A DNA stretch of 64,000 nucleotides from Eledone cirrhosa (GCA_964016885.1 OZ024742.1:173538001-173602000), one strand, 5' to 3'; positions 44,202 to 59,769 are shown, counted from the stretch's first letter. Made by a program: numbers and translations. Notes: generated from the letters alone by a model not told the origin.

Positions 44202-44711
44202 AAAAATACTAACAATAATAAAAGCTGAGGCTATTTATGTGTCCATCCACAGAAACAACTTTTCTGGTTACGAACAAACTCTCAACAACATATAATTACT
44301 CATTAGTTGTGATTCTGTTGAACAGCAAACCAGTAACGTAGCTTCTTGATTACTTCATATCTGGAAACATGTGTATAATTTATATTCATCATCTAACTGT
44401 CTTGCTGAGAAATAACCTCAAACATATATGGAAATAAAAAAGAATATACACCTGCACTGCAATAGTGATTTTTATTATCCTGCATACATCTATAGAGCTA
44501 ATGAAGTTTCAGGACAGATGAAAACAGTGTTAAAAACATGGGTGGTAGAAAGTCAACTTAATGTTGTACTTTTAACTATCAAAAAGCGCAACGTCTCATA
44601 TTGGTTTAAACCTGCAGCGAGGTTTCACTGCTTCCTTTTTCATTTTACACGTAAAAAATTGATTAGTGTTCAGTCATGGACATATAAACATACATCAATA
44701 TTATTGTATTC

Positions 44712-44930
44712 GTTAGGGCAGCATTGATAGAGCGTCAGACAACATGCTTTATGGCATATAGTTACGTTTTCTTACTTTCTGTGATCACATGCCGCTGAGG
44801 ATAGAATTGCTTTTCATACTTAAGGGGTCGATAAAATAATGTCCAATTAATGGATTAAAGTCGATTCTTTCGACTTTGCCCTTCCCCTCAAATTGCAGGC
44901 CTTGTGCCAAAAGTATAAACAGATATTATT
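44712..44930 (+). mobile_element. Degenerate tRNA-SINE
   Basis: Shares ttacgtt...ggggtcgataaaataa...ggccttgtgcc with the 30075 copy. Confidence 0.6.
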
Positions 44931-46047
44931 ATCTTCATTATTTTCATCATATTTATGAATTTATGATTGCTATTGTCATCATTTTCATCGTCATCGTCGT
45001 CGTCATGTTAGGCCCATCATCGTTATTATCATCATCGTCATTATTTTCGTTTCGTAGTCGTCATCACTAGAGAAAACGTTGCCACCTGCACCACCACAAC
45101 CACCACTACCATTGCCAACACCAGTTACACCACAACCACTGCCACCCCCACACAACTACTATCAACATTACCAAAACTACTGACATTTAAAATATAACCA
45201 TTTAAAATGTGTTATAGCGTTTGTGTTATAGACATTATAAAACCGAGTTTCACACAGCAGATATTATCAAGAAATGATTAACATTTATTGTATCTGAGGG
45301 CCTGTTTGCTTTGCCTTCTGTTTGTGAAATTTCTATTGCCGCAATATGTTTTTCTCGTGTATATTACCTTTCTTACAAAGCACTTTACTTCATTTTTATT
45401 TTTTTAGCCACCTCCAGCATCCACCGTAATCAATCGTTCGTCTCTATTCATGTTACTATATCTGTTTCAGAATGTTTAATCTTTTCAAGCAGCCATTATA
45501 TTCTCTTAGTTTTCTCCGACTAGATATAAACGTGGTTCTTCGTGAAATTATAAAGAAACTCTTTAACTGAATTCTGGTCAATGCTGCTTTCATAAATATT
45601 GTTGTGTCAAATTTGTATATTTGGTAGAAGAGCCCATGCTGTCGAACTATAGCCTGGGGCGAGATATTTGCGCTTACAATCCTAATGTAATGTCTTCCAT
45701 TCATAGACAAGACAGCACATTGTAAGACAAAGGACATCAATATACATTTCGCCACTTTACTCAACAGAAATAACAAACACAGACAAACACACACACAACA
45801 TCCCACACCCATACACTTATATATATATATATATGCAAGGTAAAATGCACGTAAGCTAATCAGGAGGAGAAAATGTGATTAGTTACGCAGATTTCTAGCC
45901 AGTAGAAAGAAGGTTAAAGTGCTCAATGCATATAGGTTGCTAGACTAGCGACCCATGTGATTAGATGGAAAGAAAGGTAGCTTAACAATCGTATAATAAG
46001 CACAGCAAAAATTTATATTCAAAATGCTGGAGAAAAAAGCAAAGATT

Positions 46048-46090
<43 letters not shown>

Positions 46091-46098
<8 letters not shown>

Positions 46099-46451
46099 GA
46101 AAACGAAAAATCAATGATGCATCTGAACTCAATTTATTGTGTGTTAAAATTGTTTCGCCGGTGGACAGCTCGAGACGTGATCATTGTGTGGATCTGTCTG
46201 ATTCTGGACCGGCAGGTTCGATTGAGACGTCTAATGATTTCGGAGCATATTCTCTCACTGGGGTATCTGACCCAGATAACCCAGTGAGAGAATATGCTCC
46301 GAAATCATTAGACATCTCCGTCGAACCTGCGGGTCCAGAATCAGACAGATCCACACAATGATCACGTCTCGAGCTGTCCGCCGGCGAAACAATTTTAACA
46401 CACAATAAATTGAGTTCAGATGCATCATTGATTTTTCGCTCTCTATTATAT
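46091..46451. repeat. 360-bp fold-back palindrome adjoining (TA)n
   Basis: Arms are reverse complements around a 3-nt loop at about 46271. ORFs 46137(+) and 46181(-) are mirror images. Confidence 0.92.
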
Positions 46452-46551
46452 CATACTCTGCTCTGTAAGAGCATAGAGTTCTCACCCGGCATACCGCCTA
46501 TGGAAGAATGTTAGTTACCATCAGAACCCCTCCCACACACACACATACACG

Positions 46552-47492
<941 letters not shown>

Positions 47493-47514
47493 TATATATA
47501 TATATATATGTGTT

Positions 47515-47605
<91 letters not shown>

Positions 47606-50600
47606 GTATATGTATATATGTATATATATATATTTACTAGCTGACAAGTTGTTTCAAATATTGCACAGTAAGAAAGGACAGATATTTGGATATTGAATAT
47701 AAATCGATATTAGTCCATTACAAATAAATAAATGTGTCAATATTATCCTCAGAGACTAAAAAAATTATTTATAGCATATTAACTCACAAATTAAATCATA
47801 TCACAGAAGTTCATTTCATTGATTTACTAGAAAATTTGAATCCTCACTGTTGAAGTCCAAATCCCCCTCACCACATTTCCCAATTTGCAAGAAACATCTG
47901 CTCACCAATTTCCAATATTTAATTACCATATACTATACATATAACATATTTATTAGTGTTCGTGTGGTTATTATTTCGTCAACATTGTCATCATTCTCAA
48001 TTAAATATTAATGAAAAGGAAAGGAAGGGAAAGGATCCAACTCCCATATTCGACCAAGCGACAAATATGTCCGTTTGTCTTTCATTTTCTGATATTATCT
48101 TCCAGTTACACATCCTGGCTGAAGAAGGTGGATTTTAAGCTCGGAACGTATTGTGTCGTATCAAATACCTGTAGTGTTAACTCCTACATTTAAACAATCA
48201 ACTGCCTCTGGACTGGAACATTATTCATCGAACCCGGAAACAACTTACAGTGCAGAGAGTCTGAACAAATATCGTAGCATTTCATCCTATGCACCAAACG
48301 AATTTTCCTATTCATGCATACTAGGCACACCTTTGCGAAATAATTCATTTATCGAAACTCTGAACGATTTGCAGAACTCCTTTAGTAAGAAGAGTAAATA
48401 TTTATGTATAAGATCGTGTTTTAAATTTAGTTCTAATATTGAATATTATGATATCCACTATATATTGTTGCTATATATTGTTGCTTTATGCAACAATATA
48501 TAATTGGCTTAACTATTTCATATTCCATTAGATTTGGATTAGTTTCTGCTGAGTTTATGTCCTATATATTTTTTATATTTCACGTAAATGCAAGATAGTA
48601 TTGAAATCTAAAGTTACGGGTATATCTTTAGACACGTTATTACAATACATGGGTATAATTAAAGTATAGAAAAATGTAATATGATGAAGCAGAGCAAAAC
48701 AAGATACGTCAATTAATTTAAATTACGTAAATATATATAATGCAGTAATATGCATTACATGATATCTTCATTGTAATTTAAACTACATATTTAAACACAA
48801 ATAATTCAAATGACATAATATAAGAGATAAAAAAACAATAGCAAATCTAAAATTAAGAAATAGAATTCAACATTATAATTTTTTTTTAAATTCGGTGTAC
48901 ACATTAATAATTCTACCATAACAAATACACGTAAGGAGCCAATTTTAATCTTAATGCATTAGAAAGTTATATTTAGGAAGAACAATGCAAAAGTTATATT
49001 TCTACAATATCTGTCAGAGATAAGTTCAGGTTTATGTGGATTCGAAACACGCACAAATACCATCTTTCCATTTATTGTTTTTAAAAATAATGTATACATT
49101 TTTTATTAAGATTTCACATTATTGGCTCTCAGAAAGCAGTTCATATTCATTCATATACAAATGAAGATAAAACGGGTATTACAATCATGTATTCAACACT
49201 GCCGTGTGGTATGAGGAATGTTCCAGTGTATGGAGGGTTTTTATGCAAATATCCCGCATAGATGAACCGGACTACATTCACACGCTCCACATTATCATCA
49301 TTTTCATTGTTATCATTAGCCCCACACCTACCACAAAATTCACCATCATATTCCTTACCCTCATTATCACCATCATCACCATCAGTTTTGATTATATCAT
49401 ATCACAATTCCCTCAGTTACGGTGTAAGAACGATATATGCAGGTATTTGCTTACTCATCGATACTGACGTATGGAAGACTTCAATATCTTAAAGATAGTG
49501 TAAATAAACTTACTTAGATAAATTGCAAAATGAACTGGTTGGTATTAATTAGCGAAAGCATTAAAACAGTGTGAATCAAAATAAAACTGTATATGAACAA
49601 ATGTATACATCGTTGTTTTAACATCAATTTGGTACTATGCTGAACTATGATGCATACATATGCAACATGGTACATCTCTATTGGACGTGAAACTATGACA
49701 TATTATTTGTGAGGAATAAGGTTCTTAGGGGGAAACAATTAACTGACATCATCCAATTTCTATCTTCGTACGCCTACCTTCTAACACGTTAACAAGATTA
49801 CAATTATATATCCATAACTGAAATATCGTAATGAATTCATGTATCAGTTTTCTCTGGCTTTATTCTGCACCAACCTAATCTCTGTCACTGTACAAAGGAA
49901 TGTAGTAACATATAATATACAACATCTAGGTTATGTGATATAGACATGTCAGCAAGAACAAACAGACTAATTCGTGAGCTAACGAATCGTCTTCAATCCA
50001 TAAAATATTCTGTAAACAATAAGCAACTTCCAAGTGCCTCGATGGATGGTAAGTGGGTAGATAATTTAACTGCTGAAAGGATAGAATTTCTAAATATTTT
50101 CCTTTGCCTATGGGATAATTAAGATGATCATTGCCTCTCTCGATGAAACCACAACGGTATGAATTATTTATAACTTCCAATTTATTTCTGGCTTTAAAAT
50201 GTAGTGTACACTAATCCTTGCTGATGCCGTGGTATATCGTTATTGAAGCCAGAGGAGGTAGAATCAAATTAACTCTCACCGATTAGACAATTAAAGTGTA
50301 CAGCACAGACATTGCATGCATTCTACTAGATTTCAACAATTATGTGTCTTCTTATGAATTATTGCTTATTATTCGAATTCTGCAGCTGACAACAGCGAGC
50401 TTGATTACCCACCTATAGTTTAATTTCTTCTACATGTATTTCAATGAGGTGTGAATGGAGGAATGTCAAAGGGCATGCACAAACACATGTACACAATTAC
50501 ATACGCACACAAGCTCAAACGATTTAATATCACACTATATGCAAATAAGCTCTCCAACTGGGGTTTCAGATGCAAAAGTCATATAGGCGTAAGCCTGTTA

Positions 50601-51070
50601 TTGTCTCAGTATGAGTAAATAACACCGATGATAGATAATAATCAGGGAACAGATATTTTTATAAAATCCATATTGATACACTCGTTCGTTTATTATACGT
50701 AAACTTATCGTATAGGCTTCCATATTACCCTTATGACATCTATGACTTATATATATAGGTGCAAAAGGCACCTTATGGCCGTGCCATTTCATAAGTACAT
50801 TATATATGTGTATATATATATATATATATATAAATATATATATATATAACAACTAGAAATGAAACAATCACAGGGGATAATTTTTTTGTCACTTGTAATT
50901 GTTTCATATGTTTATTTAAATGTTAAGCATTTTCTAGATGTTATAAAATGCTCGGGCCAATTCATTAGAATCTTGGAGCTTATTTTACGGGTGATATGGC
51001 GCATGCCTTTCAGGCATGACACCCATAATTTTGATTTAGATTAAGTTCATTTTGATGTATCATAATTTTG

Positions 51071-51099
<29 letters not shown>

Positions 51100-51102
<3 letters not shown>

Positions 51103-51258
51103 ACAAAGAAAGTGTGACAAGAAACGAGGGGCAGTATAACACACCAGTGTACTCGATACTTACTGTAGTAGAGTGGGTAATAAGAAAAAGGGTCAAGACC
51201 CAGACGGCTGAGCCCCGGCTGTTTCGACAGCTAGATCTGAAAAGTTCGGATCTATCAT

Positions 51259-51262
<4 letters not shown>
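51100..51262 (-). mobile_element. Solo terminal fragment related to the pLTR of the 19654-23428 PLE (family B; also 14290-14340 and 53965-54178)
   Basis: gtagtagagtgggtaata...gacccagacggctgagccccggctgtttcgacagctag matches 19717-19783. Confidence 0.75.
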
Positions 51263-51300
<38 letters not shown>

Positions 51301-51302
<2 letters not shown>

Positions 51303-51568
51303 GAAATCGAAAATGCAACTGGAGTCTTATTTTAAAAAAATATATATATTTGTTTGGTTCCTTTACCGGTTTCGCAGTTCTTCTGCTTTTCAAAGGTAGA
51401 GGTGAGATGGAGTGTCTGTAGTTTTTTCTCACAGATGTGAGAAAAACCACAGACCCACCATCTCAACTCTACTATTGAAAAGCAGAAGAACTGCGAAACC
51501 GGTAAAGGAACCAAACAAATATATATATATTTTTTTAAATAAGACTCCAGTTTAATTTTCGATTTCAT
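51301..51568. repeat. 268-bp fold-back palindrome with an HHR-like motif
   Basis: Centre at about 51434. ttgaaaa gcag aagaa ctgc GAAA CCGG TA aagg at 51475-51508, mirrored on the left arm. Confidence 0.9.
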
Positions 51569-51723
51569 CTTTTTTTCTTTATACTTTCACTCGTGTAGGA
51601 CACCTCAGTTATTTTTCATTCTCTAACACCCCCCCCCCACCCCCCAACAAAAAAAAAGAAACCTCACTTTCTAATTATATATATTTATATATATATATAA
51701 TTAGAAAGTGAGGGTTTTTTTTT

Positions 51724-51760
<37 letters not shown>

Positions 51761-51850
51761 TTATGCAAACATTCTATTTAAGATTGTTGGGATACAACAA
51801 TTAAATATTTTTATAACTGATATAAAGCACTCGACTAGTTGTTGGAGTAG

Positions 51851-52219
51851 ATATACGATATTAATAAATGGAAACTATATTTATAAAACCATATTTATTT
51901 CATTATACATATTTCAGGGATACCAAATTAAATTATGGTACGCCTTCATCAGACAAAATACAATATATAACAGTTTTACAAATAGCTTTGACGTACCCTT
52001 TTAAAATGCAACCAATATTTTTGGAAGCCGTCTGGATAGTCCAGACGGCTTCCAAAAATAATGGTTGCATTTTAAAAGGGTACGTCAAAGCTATTTGTAA
52101 AACTGTTATATATTGTATTTTGTCTGATGAAGGCGTACCATAATTTAATTTGGTATCCCTGAAATATGTATAATGAAATAAATATGGTTTTATAAATATA
52201 GTTTCCATTTATTAATATC

Positions 52220-52225
<6 letters not shown>
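51851..52225. repeat. 375-bp near-perfect palindrome with an HHR core (family C; further fold-back copies at 52264-52585 and 56100-56430)
   Basis: 3-nt loop at 52037-52039. CTGATGA agg cg tacca...tggta t ccct GAAA at 52124-52164. Confidence 0.92.
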
Positions 52226-52266
<41 letters not shown>

Positions 52267-52589
52267 AAGGTTCTATTTAAATTTTTGGGATACAACAAGC
52301 AAATATATTTATGACTGATATAAAGCACTCAACAAATATTTGGAGTAAAAATACGATATTAACAAAAAGATATTAACAAATGGAAACAATATTTATAAAA
52401 CCATATTTATTTCATTATAGATATTTCAAGGACACCAAGTTAAATTATGGAGTGCTTTCATCAGATAAAATATAATATAGATCAGTTTTATGAATAAATA
52501 ATTTAACTTGGTGTCCTTGAAATATGTATAATGAAATAAATATGGTTTTATAAATATAGTTTCCATTTGTTAATATCGTATATATATAT

Positions 52590-53245
52590 TTCATTTCCCA
52601 CTCTTAGTACGGTTGTTACTTAAATATAAGTATGTACACGTACATACATATATGTATACAGACGTACAGTAGTATGTATATATATATACATACATGCACA
52701 CATATATATATATGTACGTATGGATTCACAGAACATTTATTATAATGCTCGGTGTGTTTGTAAACAAACATCCCGTATTAAGGGAACGATGTACTAGTTT
52801 CAAGCTTGTTAGCTATCATCAGCACCGTTTACCCATCTGCCAGATAGTTGGAAAGTATATACTTTCGAACGTTCAACTATCTGGCAGATGGGTAAACGGT
52901 GCTGATGATAGCTAACAAGCTTGAAACTAGTACATCGTTCCTGTGTCAGTGTTGAACAAAAAGGTGACGTGGTTGCCTTAACACCGTATGGCATAAATTC
53001 AGGCTGTTCAGTTTGTTTACAAACGAACAAAGCGACGTTAGCGCCGCTAAACTGATACGTGCATATATGTATGTGTACCTGTATGCATATGTATGTATAT
53101 ATGTATATATATATATATATATATGTGCATGCTACTGTACGTCTGTATACATATATGTATGTACGTATACATGCATACTTGCATTTAAGTAAGTGCCATA
53201 CTAAGAGTGAGAAATGAAATTTCGTTTTCATTTTGTTTCAATTTA
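52590..53245. mobile_element. Head-to-head family A copies forming a hairpin (core arms 52783-52850 and 52874-52941)
   Basis: Both arms are homologous to 13840-14160 and 19220-19580. (TA)n flanks. Confidence 0.85.
52895..52939 (+). ncRNA. Canonical minimal type I hammerhead ribozyme (mirror copy 52785-52829 on - strand)
   Basis: aacggtg-CTGATGA-t agct aaca agct t-GAAA-CTAG-TA-catcgtt: 7-bp stem I, intact core, palindromic ACTAGT stem III, GUA site. Confidence 0.88.
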
Positions 53246-53273
53246 TATATATATATATATATATATATGTATA

Positions 53274-53870
53274 ATCAAGGTTTAGCAAGTCGAGAAAAAA
53301 GTTTAAAAATAAATTTTAAAAAGTTTACTCTACTTACTATATTTACCCTCACCGCGTGGTTTCAATTCCAAAAATAAATGGATAATCCATGCGGAACACC
53401 ATTGAGAAGGAGAATTTCGTCAGAGGGTCCTTCTCACTCGGAGAATATAAAATTCCCGACTTCAAATCACGAACTGGCGCTATACAGAACTGTTATATAT
53501 ATGTATAGTTATATGTATATATATATGACCAAAATTTTATCTCGACATTAGGGGCGATTAATAATAATAAATGATGTTTTCCTTCGTCCAAAAAATGCAT
53601 ATAGGGACACATGTATTATCCAAACGTATACCAATGTGGTTCTATGGCAGGTTAATAAATTAACGAGCCAGAACATATTTATTCAAGGTTTAGCAAATAG
53701 AGAAAAGGTTTTAAAATAATTCTTTTTTAATTTTACTGTACTTACTACATTTATCCTCAACGCGCGGATTCAATTTCCAAAATAAATGGATAAACCATGC
53801 GGACTCCATTGAGAAGGAGAATTTCGTCAGAGGGTTCTTCTCACTCGGAGAATCTAAATTTCCCGAGTTC

Positions 53871-53873
<3 letters not shown>
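53274..53873 (-). mobile_element. Two direct copies (offset about 407) of family D with an HHR-like fold
   Basis: accct-CTGACGA-aattc...gaatt-GAAA-ccacgcgg-TG-agggt at 53345-53428(-); second copy at 53753-53835. Confidence 0.65.
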
Positions 53874-53948
<75 letters not shown>

Positions 53949-54050
53949 ATAGAGTGAGAGAGAGATAACGAAGGAGGTGTGGTAAAGGAACCAGATGGAC
54001 CATAACGCACCAGAATACTCAATAGTTAGGTTAGTAGAGTGGATAATAGG

Positions 54051-54172
54051 AAAATGTTTAACCCCGTCGGCAGAGCTCAAGCCGTTTTGATGGCTATTCC
54101 TTGACTGAAATACCCGTCAGTCCAGAAATAGCCGTCGAAACAGCTTGAGCTCTACCGTCGGGGTTAAACATT

Positions 54173-54174
<2 letters not shown>
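54051..54174. repeat. Family B pLTR fragment folded back on itself
   Basis: aaaatgtttaaccccg...cggggttaaacatttt, centre at about 54112. Confidence 0.8.
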
Positions 54175-54233
<59 letters not shown>

Positions 54234-54299
54234 TTTTATATATATATATTTTAAATATCTATATTTTATATCTATATTTAAATATATATATTTATATTT

Positions 54300-55960
54300 A
54301 ACCACGATGAACTAAAGAAAAGGATTGCACATGCGGTGGGGGCCAGCATAAAATTAACCCTTAGGGAACATATGTTCAAATTTAATGGAAAAACATATGC
54401 CTAAGAGGAGGGAGCAGCCACTGGTGTTAGCATTGCAGGTGACATAGCTAACCTATTCATGGTATGGTGGGACAATAGACTTAAACTTAAACTTAAAGAA
54501 CAATTAGAAGACAGTAACCCCTTAACCCTGATAATGTACTCCCGCTACGTTGATGATATGAAGATCGTAGTAAAATCACCCCCACTAGAGAACAGTCAGG
54601 AATTAGAGAAAAGCACCATGGAAAGCATCCATCAAATAGCTAATTCCATCCGCCAGAGTAATAGAGTTACTATAGACTACCGAAGCAAACACCCGAACCA
54701 TCGATTACCTGGTTTGTTATTTGTTATTAATGGTATCTAACCAGAGCTCTGGTTAGATACCATTAATAACAAAAAACAAATCCTCCATTCCCATTATGCC
54801 AAACCCACGACTTCCAAATATCTGATCCACCGAAACTCAGCTGTTTCGGACCATACAAAAGTCAACATACTGATTGCGGAGTTGGTACGGGTGATGAGAA
54901 ACGTGTCCCGCATGTGCAACCCCGAAGTTCTCTGGTTACAATCGGAGAGATAAAATCAGAGTATATAGAGGAGCCAGAACCAAATGAGGAAAACATGATA
55001 AATAATGACACAAATAGGACCTGCCCCTTGTATAGGAGCAAATTTTGGAATAGAATAGAAAGAACTAGGAATAAGGTTAATAGAGTAAACTCATGGTATG
55101 ATAGCGTTAAATACCAGAGTGTAATGTTCATCGATACAACCCCTAGAGGTGAATTAGCTTACACATTTAGAAGGGCCCTAGATAAACATAAACTCAATAT
55201 TAAGATAGTAGAAAGACCAGGTACCTCCATAAAAACACTTATTAGCAAGACCTCCCTGTATAGATAAGAAATGTATAATCTGTAAATTAAGCCCCCATAT
55301 TAACTGTAAAACTAGAAATGTAGTATATAGCATAAGATGTAATGAAGGACAATGTAGAGATACAAATGCAATGTACATAGGTGAAACAGCTCATAGAATA
55401 GGGGAACGGATAAACGAACACTTGCGAGACCTTCAAGATAGTAACTAATCATCTGTACTCTACCAACATGCTAAAATAGCACATAAGGGTAAATTAGAGA
55501 ACATAGAAATAAAAATAGAATCTAAACGCAGAAAATACGCAATGTTTAGACAAATCACACAGGCAATACACATAAATGTACTCCAACCAAAATTAAATAG
55601 AAAACATGAATGGAATAGCAACATTACAACTTACAATTAAGGACAAAATGAAAACACACACGCACATAAAACAAACAACCAACAAGTAACATGTAAATAA
55701 ACAAATAAATAACAAATATAAACACATACAGACACCCGGATGTAACACATGCGCAAACTAATCACACAACACACACAAAAACAAGAGGGAGAACAAAGGA
55801 GAGGCCCCAAAACAAAGAAAAGAATCACCTGTCACTGAAGAGGTCACAGAATGTGTGACGAAAGAACTTTGACAATATATAAACAATCATCTGGTTGTGG
55901 AACCAACCAACCAACCGGAAATTTATACATTCCTAAATTTATAAATTTATTATAATAAAT
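54300..55960 (+). mobile_element. 5'-truncated, decayed PLE (Neptune/Poseidon-like) with RT, GIY-YIG and 3' pLTR
   Basis: FKFNGKTY..EGAATG, IANLFM, YSRYVDDM, SVMFIDTTPRGELA, IKIVERPG, CKTRNVVYSIRC...MYIGET, RINEH and LNRKHEW. Confidence 0.88.
55830..55874 (+). ncRNA. Minimal hammerhead ribozyme in the PLE 3' region
   Basis: tgtca-CTGAAGA-g gtcaca gaatg tgtgac-GAAA-gaac-TT-tgaca. Confidence 0.8.
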
Positions 55961-57303
55961 TGAAGTGAAGGCAGCTGGTGCGTGTGTTTCTTATTGGCAA
56001 CATGACCATTCCAAAGTATAACAATATCGGTTTCAACACACGTTTTCAGATAAAGAATCTTGCTAAACAAATTCAGAAACGAAATATATATATTTAAATA
56101 TACAATATATTAACAAATGGAAACTATATTTATAAAACCATATTTATTTCATTATACATATTCCAAGGGCCACCAGAGCAAACTATGCTGCGCTTTCATC
56201 AGATAAAATATAATATAGGTTAGTTTTATAAATAAATATTGACATACCCTTTAAAAAGCAACCATTCTGGTTGGAATCTCCTGGATAGATAGTTTCAATC
56301 TCCTGGAAATATAGTTTCCATTTGTTAATATATTGTATATTTACTGCAATAATTTGTTGAGTGCTTTATATCAGTTATAAAAATATTTTGCTTGTTGTAT
56401 CCCAACAAATTAAATATAACCTCTACATATATATTTAAATATATATATTTTATATATATATTTTATATATATTTTAAATATATATATTTCATATATATAT
56501 ATTTTAAATATATATGTATATTTTATTTTGAGTTAAGATTCTATTGATTACACAAAATGTGTGGATAAAATGTCTAGTCTTGACTTGTTTTGAATTGGGA
56601 TTAAATTATTTTCTTACGTTAAATATTTCTCATCTTGACGTAATAGTCATTTATATGTCTGAATTACTGTTGGCTTATTGCTTACATTAATTTCTCTATT
56701 TTCATTTATATATATATAAATATATAGATAGTCAATGTGTTGCGTTGTGATTGCTACTTGTAGTAGACGCCTGATGAGTCTACAACGCAATGTTGTACCA
56801 ACAAAGACAATGTGACAATTTTAGTTAGGAAGTTTACATCTCTCGGGTTTACAATCAAATTAATATCACATTGCTTATTTGAAGCATGTTCTGAAATTTG
56901 TAATTTTGTGGTTTGTCGTTGATTGGATTTTATTTTATTTTACTGTTTTTATAGGATTTTTCTATTGATTCCGTTGTATCCTGTTAACGTTAGTTTCAGA
57001 TTTGATGTGTTTATTTTTGTTTTTCTCTACTCCTATGGTAGGTGAGACATCAACGATGATAATGATGATAATATTAATGCCAATGTTGACGACACTCATT
57101 ACGGAGAGGTTGATGGTCATGAGGATAACGATAATGGCTGTGACCTACTTCTTGCAGATAATAATGCATGGACTTGGTGTTCCTCGCGTCGAAGAGCCTT
57201 CTTACACATAGTCCAGGCATATATAATGTTGGTGTCGATAATGAGGGTGTTTATGCACATACACACACACACACGCACACACACATATATATATATATAT
57301 ATA

Positions 57304-57457
57304 CCATATTTCCCGGTGTTGAAGACTTTACTTGTTTCCTTAAATAAGTCTCAAAAATCCATCATGCGGTAGGTCATTTTTTTTTTTTTCAAATTTTTAT
57401 CGTCAAAATTGTGGTGCATCCTCGAGGACGAAGCGGCTCTGGCGCCGGGAAATACGG
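57304..57457. mobile_element. Tc1/pogo-like MITE in (TA)n
   Basis: TIRs ccatatttcccggtg and cgccgggaaatacgg, TA on both sides, no coding capacity. Confidence 0.7.
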
Positions 57458-57665
57458 TATATATATATAGAGAGAGAGAGATCAGAGCAAACATCACGGA
57501 CGCTCTATCTCAAAATTAATTTTGAAAAGCATTAGAAATGCGCAACCGGTAAGACTTAAAACCAAAACTGAATACGAACCAATACAATTACTAATTCTCA
57601 CCTATTCCTAATTAAACTATTTTTCACTGTGAACAATTTGTCAGCATTTTGTATTCCGTTTACCA

Positions 57666-57717
<52 letters not shown>

Positions 57718-58352
57718 GTGGCGTGTCTGTATAGATAACCCTACCCAGTTATGTTTGCACTATATGCAAATTAACATCTCCAATCGTTGTTTTATATGCA
57801 AGAACCATATCACATTTAGCCAATTTTCGTCTCAGTACGAATTTAGTAAATTTCACTGATGAAGGAAGAAAAATACAGATACAGCTACCTATAATTCTCA
57901 TACTTTACTGATATAGCTGTTATATACAGCTTCAAACATTTCGAAAGAGAAACTCGTATGTTTCTTATGCATAAACGTATATACATACACATTATGAACC
58001 ACGCCGGGTTAGTTTTCCTACTAATTAATATGCATTACCTACACACACACATATATATACATATATATATATATACATGTGTGTGGGTGTGTGTGTGGTG
58101 TATGTGTGTGTGTTTGTGCGTGTGTGTGTAACAGTCGATCGTCAAGATGCCATATTCCATTAGTTTAACGAGTAGGGTGGACCTCGTCAAATCGGACCGA
58201 AGAAACAATGCTTCCATTAGTCTTTCCAATTGCTAATAATATCTACCGGCCGCAAATTTCTTCCAATAAAAGCAAAGTGAAATAAAGTGTCTTGCTCAAG
58301 GTCATAACGCATTGCCAGGGCGGGGAATTTGCCTCACAATGTCACGACTGCG

Positions 58353-58433
<81 letters not shown>

Positions 58434-58554
58434 TACATTCACAAAAACAGTATGTCTGACTGGTCATTATCCCTTACTGTTTATATTTCTTCAGCTGACA
58501 GAAAGGACCACTTATACGTGGGTTAACTAATGTTTTGAAAATGCAAATGCAAAT

Positions 58555-58750
58555 AATTGTTTCTACTTTTGGTACAAGGCCAGCAATTACTCTCGTGCAT
58601 TACTGGTACTTTATTTTAACGACCCGGTAAGGAAGAAAGGCAAAGTTAACCTCGGTGGGATTTGAAATCAGAACGTAAAGGGTCATAACTCTCTGCTACA
58701 AAGCACGGTGTCCAAAGCTGTAGCGATTTTGTCAATTCACCGCAATTAAT
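58555..58750 (-). mobile_element. tRNA-SINE copy
   Basis: Matches 30075-30251. Confidence 0.75.
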
Positions 58751-59769
58751 GGCGATAGAGATTAAACTGTTGGTGGTGTTGGTGTTGGTGTTGGTGGCGG
58801 AGTTGGTGGTGATGATGATGTTGATAATGATGTCGCAGGCCATGGCAATGATGATGTTTAGATCATGATGATGTTTATGATATCATAATTAGGATAATGA
58901 TGATGATGTTAATGTTATTGTTGTTGATGAAGATGATGATGATGGATATTACGGTGATGAAGTTGCTTCTGACGATGACGATGATGCTTACGTGTACGGA
59001 AGCAAGGTTAACAAGTTCGATATTCCTAAGAAACAGGGGGAGAAAGAGATGTATGGCTTCTGTTACAATGAATAACAATGAATACGATTAAATATATTTT
59101 CTCTTATTTTTATTTATATAGCTTTTGTTAGTTTGTTTTTTTTTGTTTTAGAAGATTTAAATCTCAATTCCCCTCCTATTTTGTCAACCGAACACTACAA
59201 AATTAAAATGAATTAGAAAGTAAAATATAAGTAAAAATGTTAAAAGTACACAAACTGCTAAAGAGAATAAAATAATCTGACGAATGAAAATAAAACAATG
59301 TCATACATTATTTCATTTAATATCGATATTTTTGCAAATAAAATAAAATAAATTAAATAAAAATAAAAATAAATTATTTGATATTTGATATATTTTATCA
59401 TATTTATGAAAATGAAAACGAAGAGGAATGTGCAAAATATAAAACAGAATAAAAAATGTTTTCGATCTCTTGCATATTTAAGCATCTTTATGGAAATGTT
59501 AAGCAGTGTTAAGCAGTGTCTAAATGTTACTTGGAGATAGGAAATACAAATAAAAACAAATTATGAAGATTTAAATATATTTTTCTAATTTGTAATAGAG
59601 CAAAATTGTAAGACAAATCACAAATTAATAACAAAAATACGAGTGAAAGGCGAATAAATATTCAAAAATTAAAAATCAATGAAAACTGAATAAAAAACAT
59701 TCAAATAATGTGTAAAAAGAATAAAAAATAAAGTGGCGGAGATATAGCAAAGAAAAGAGGAAATAAAAT

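Noticed and set aside
49926-50180. Minus-strand ORF with glycosyltransferase-like YCL..EDD
   Set aside because: Motif spacing is poor, and the + strand reading with a GTAAGT donor fits at least as well.
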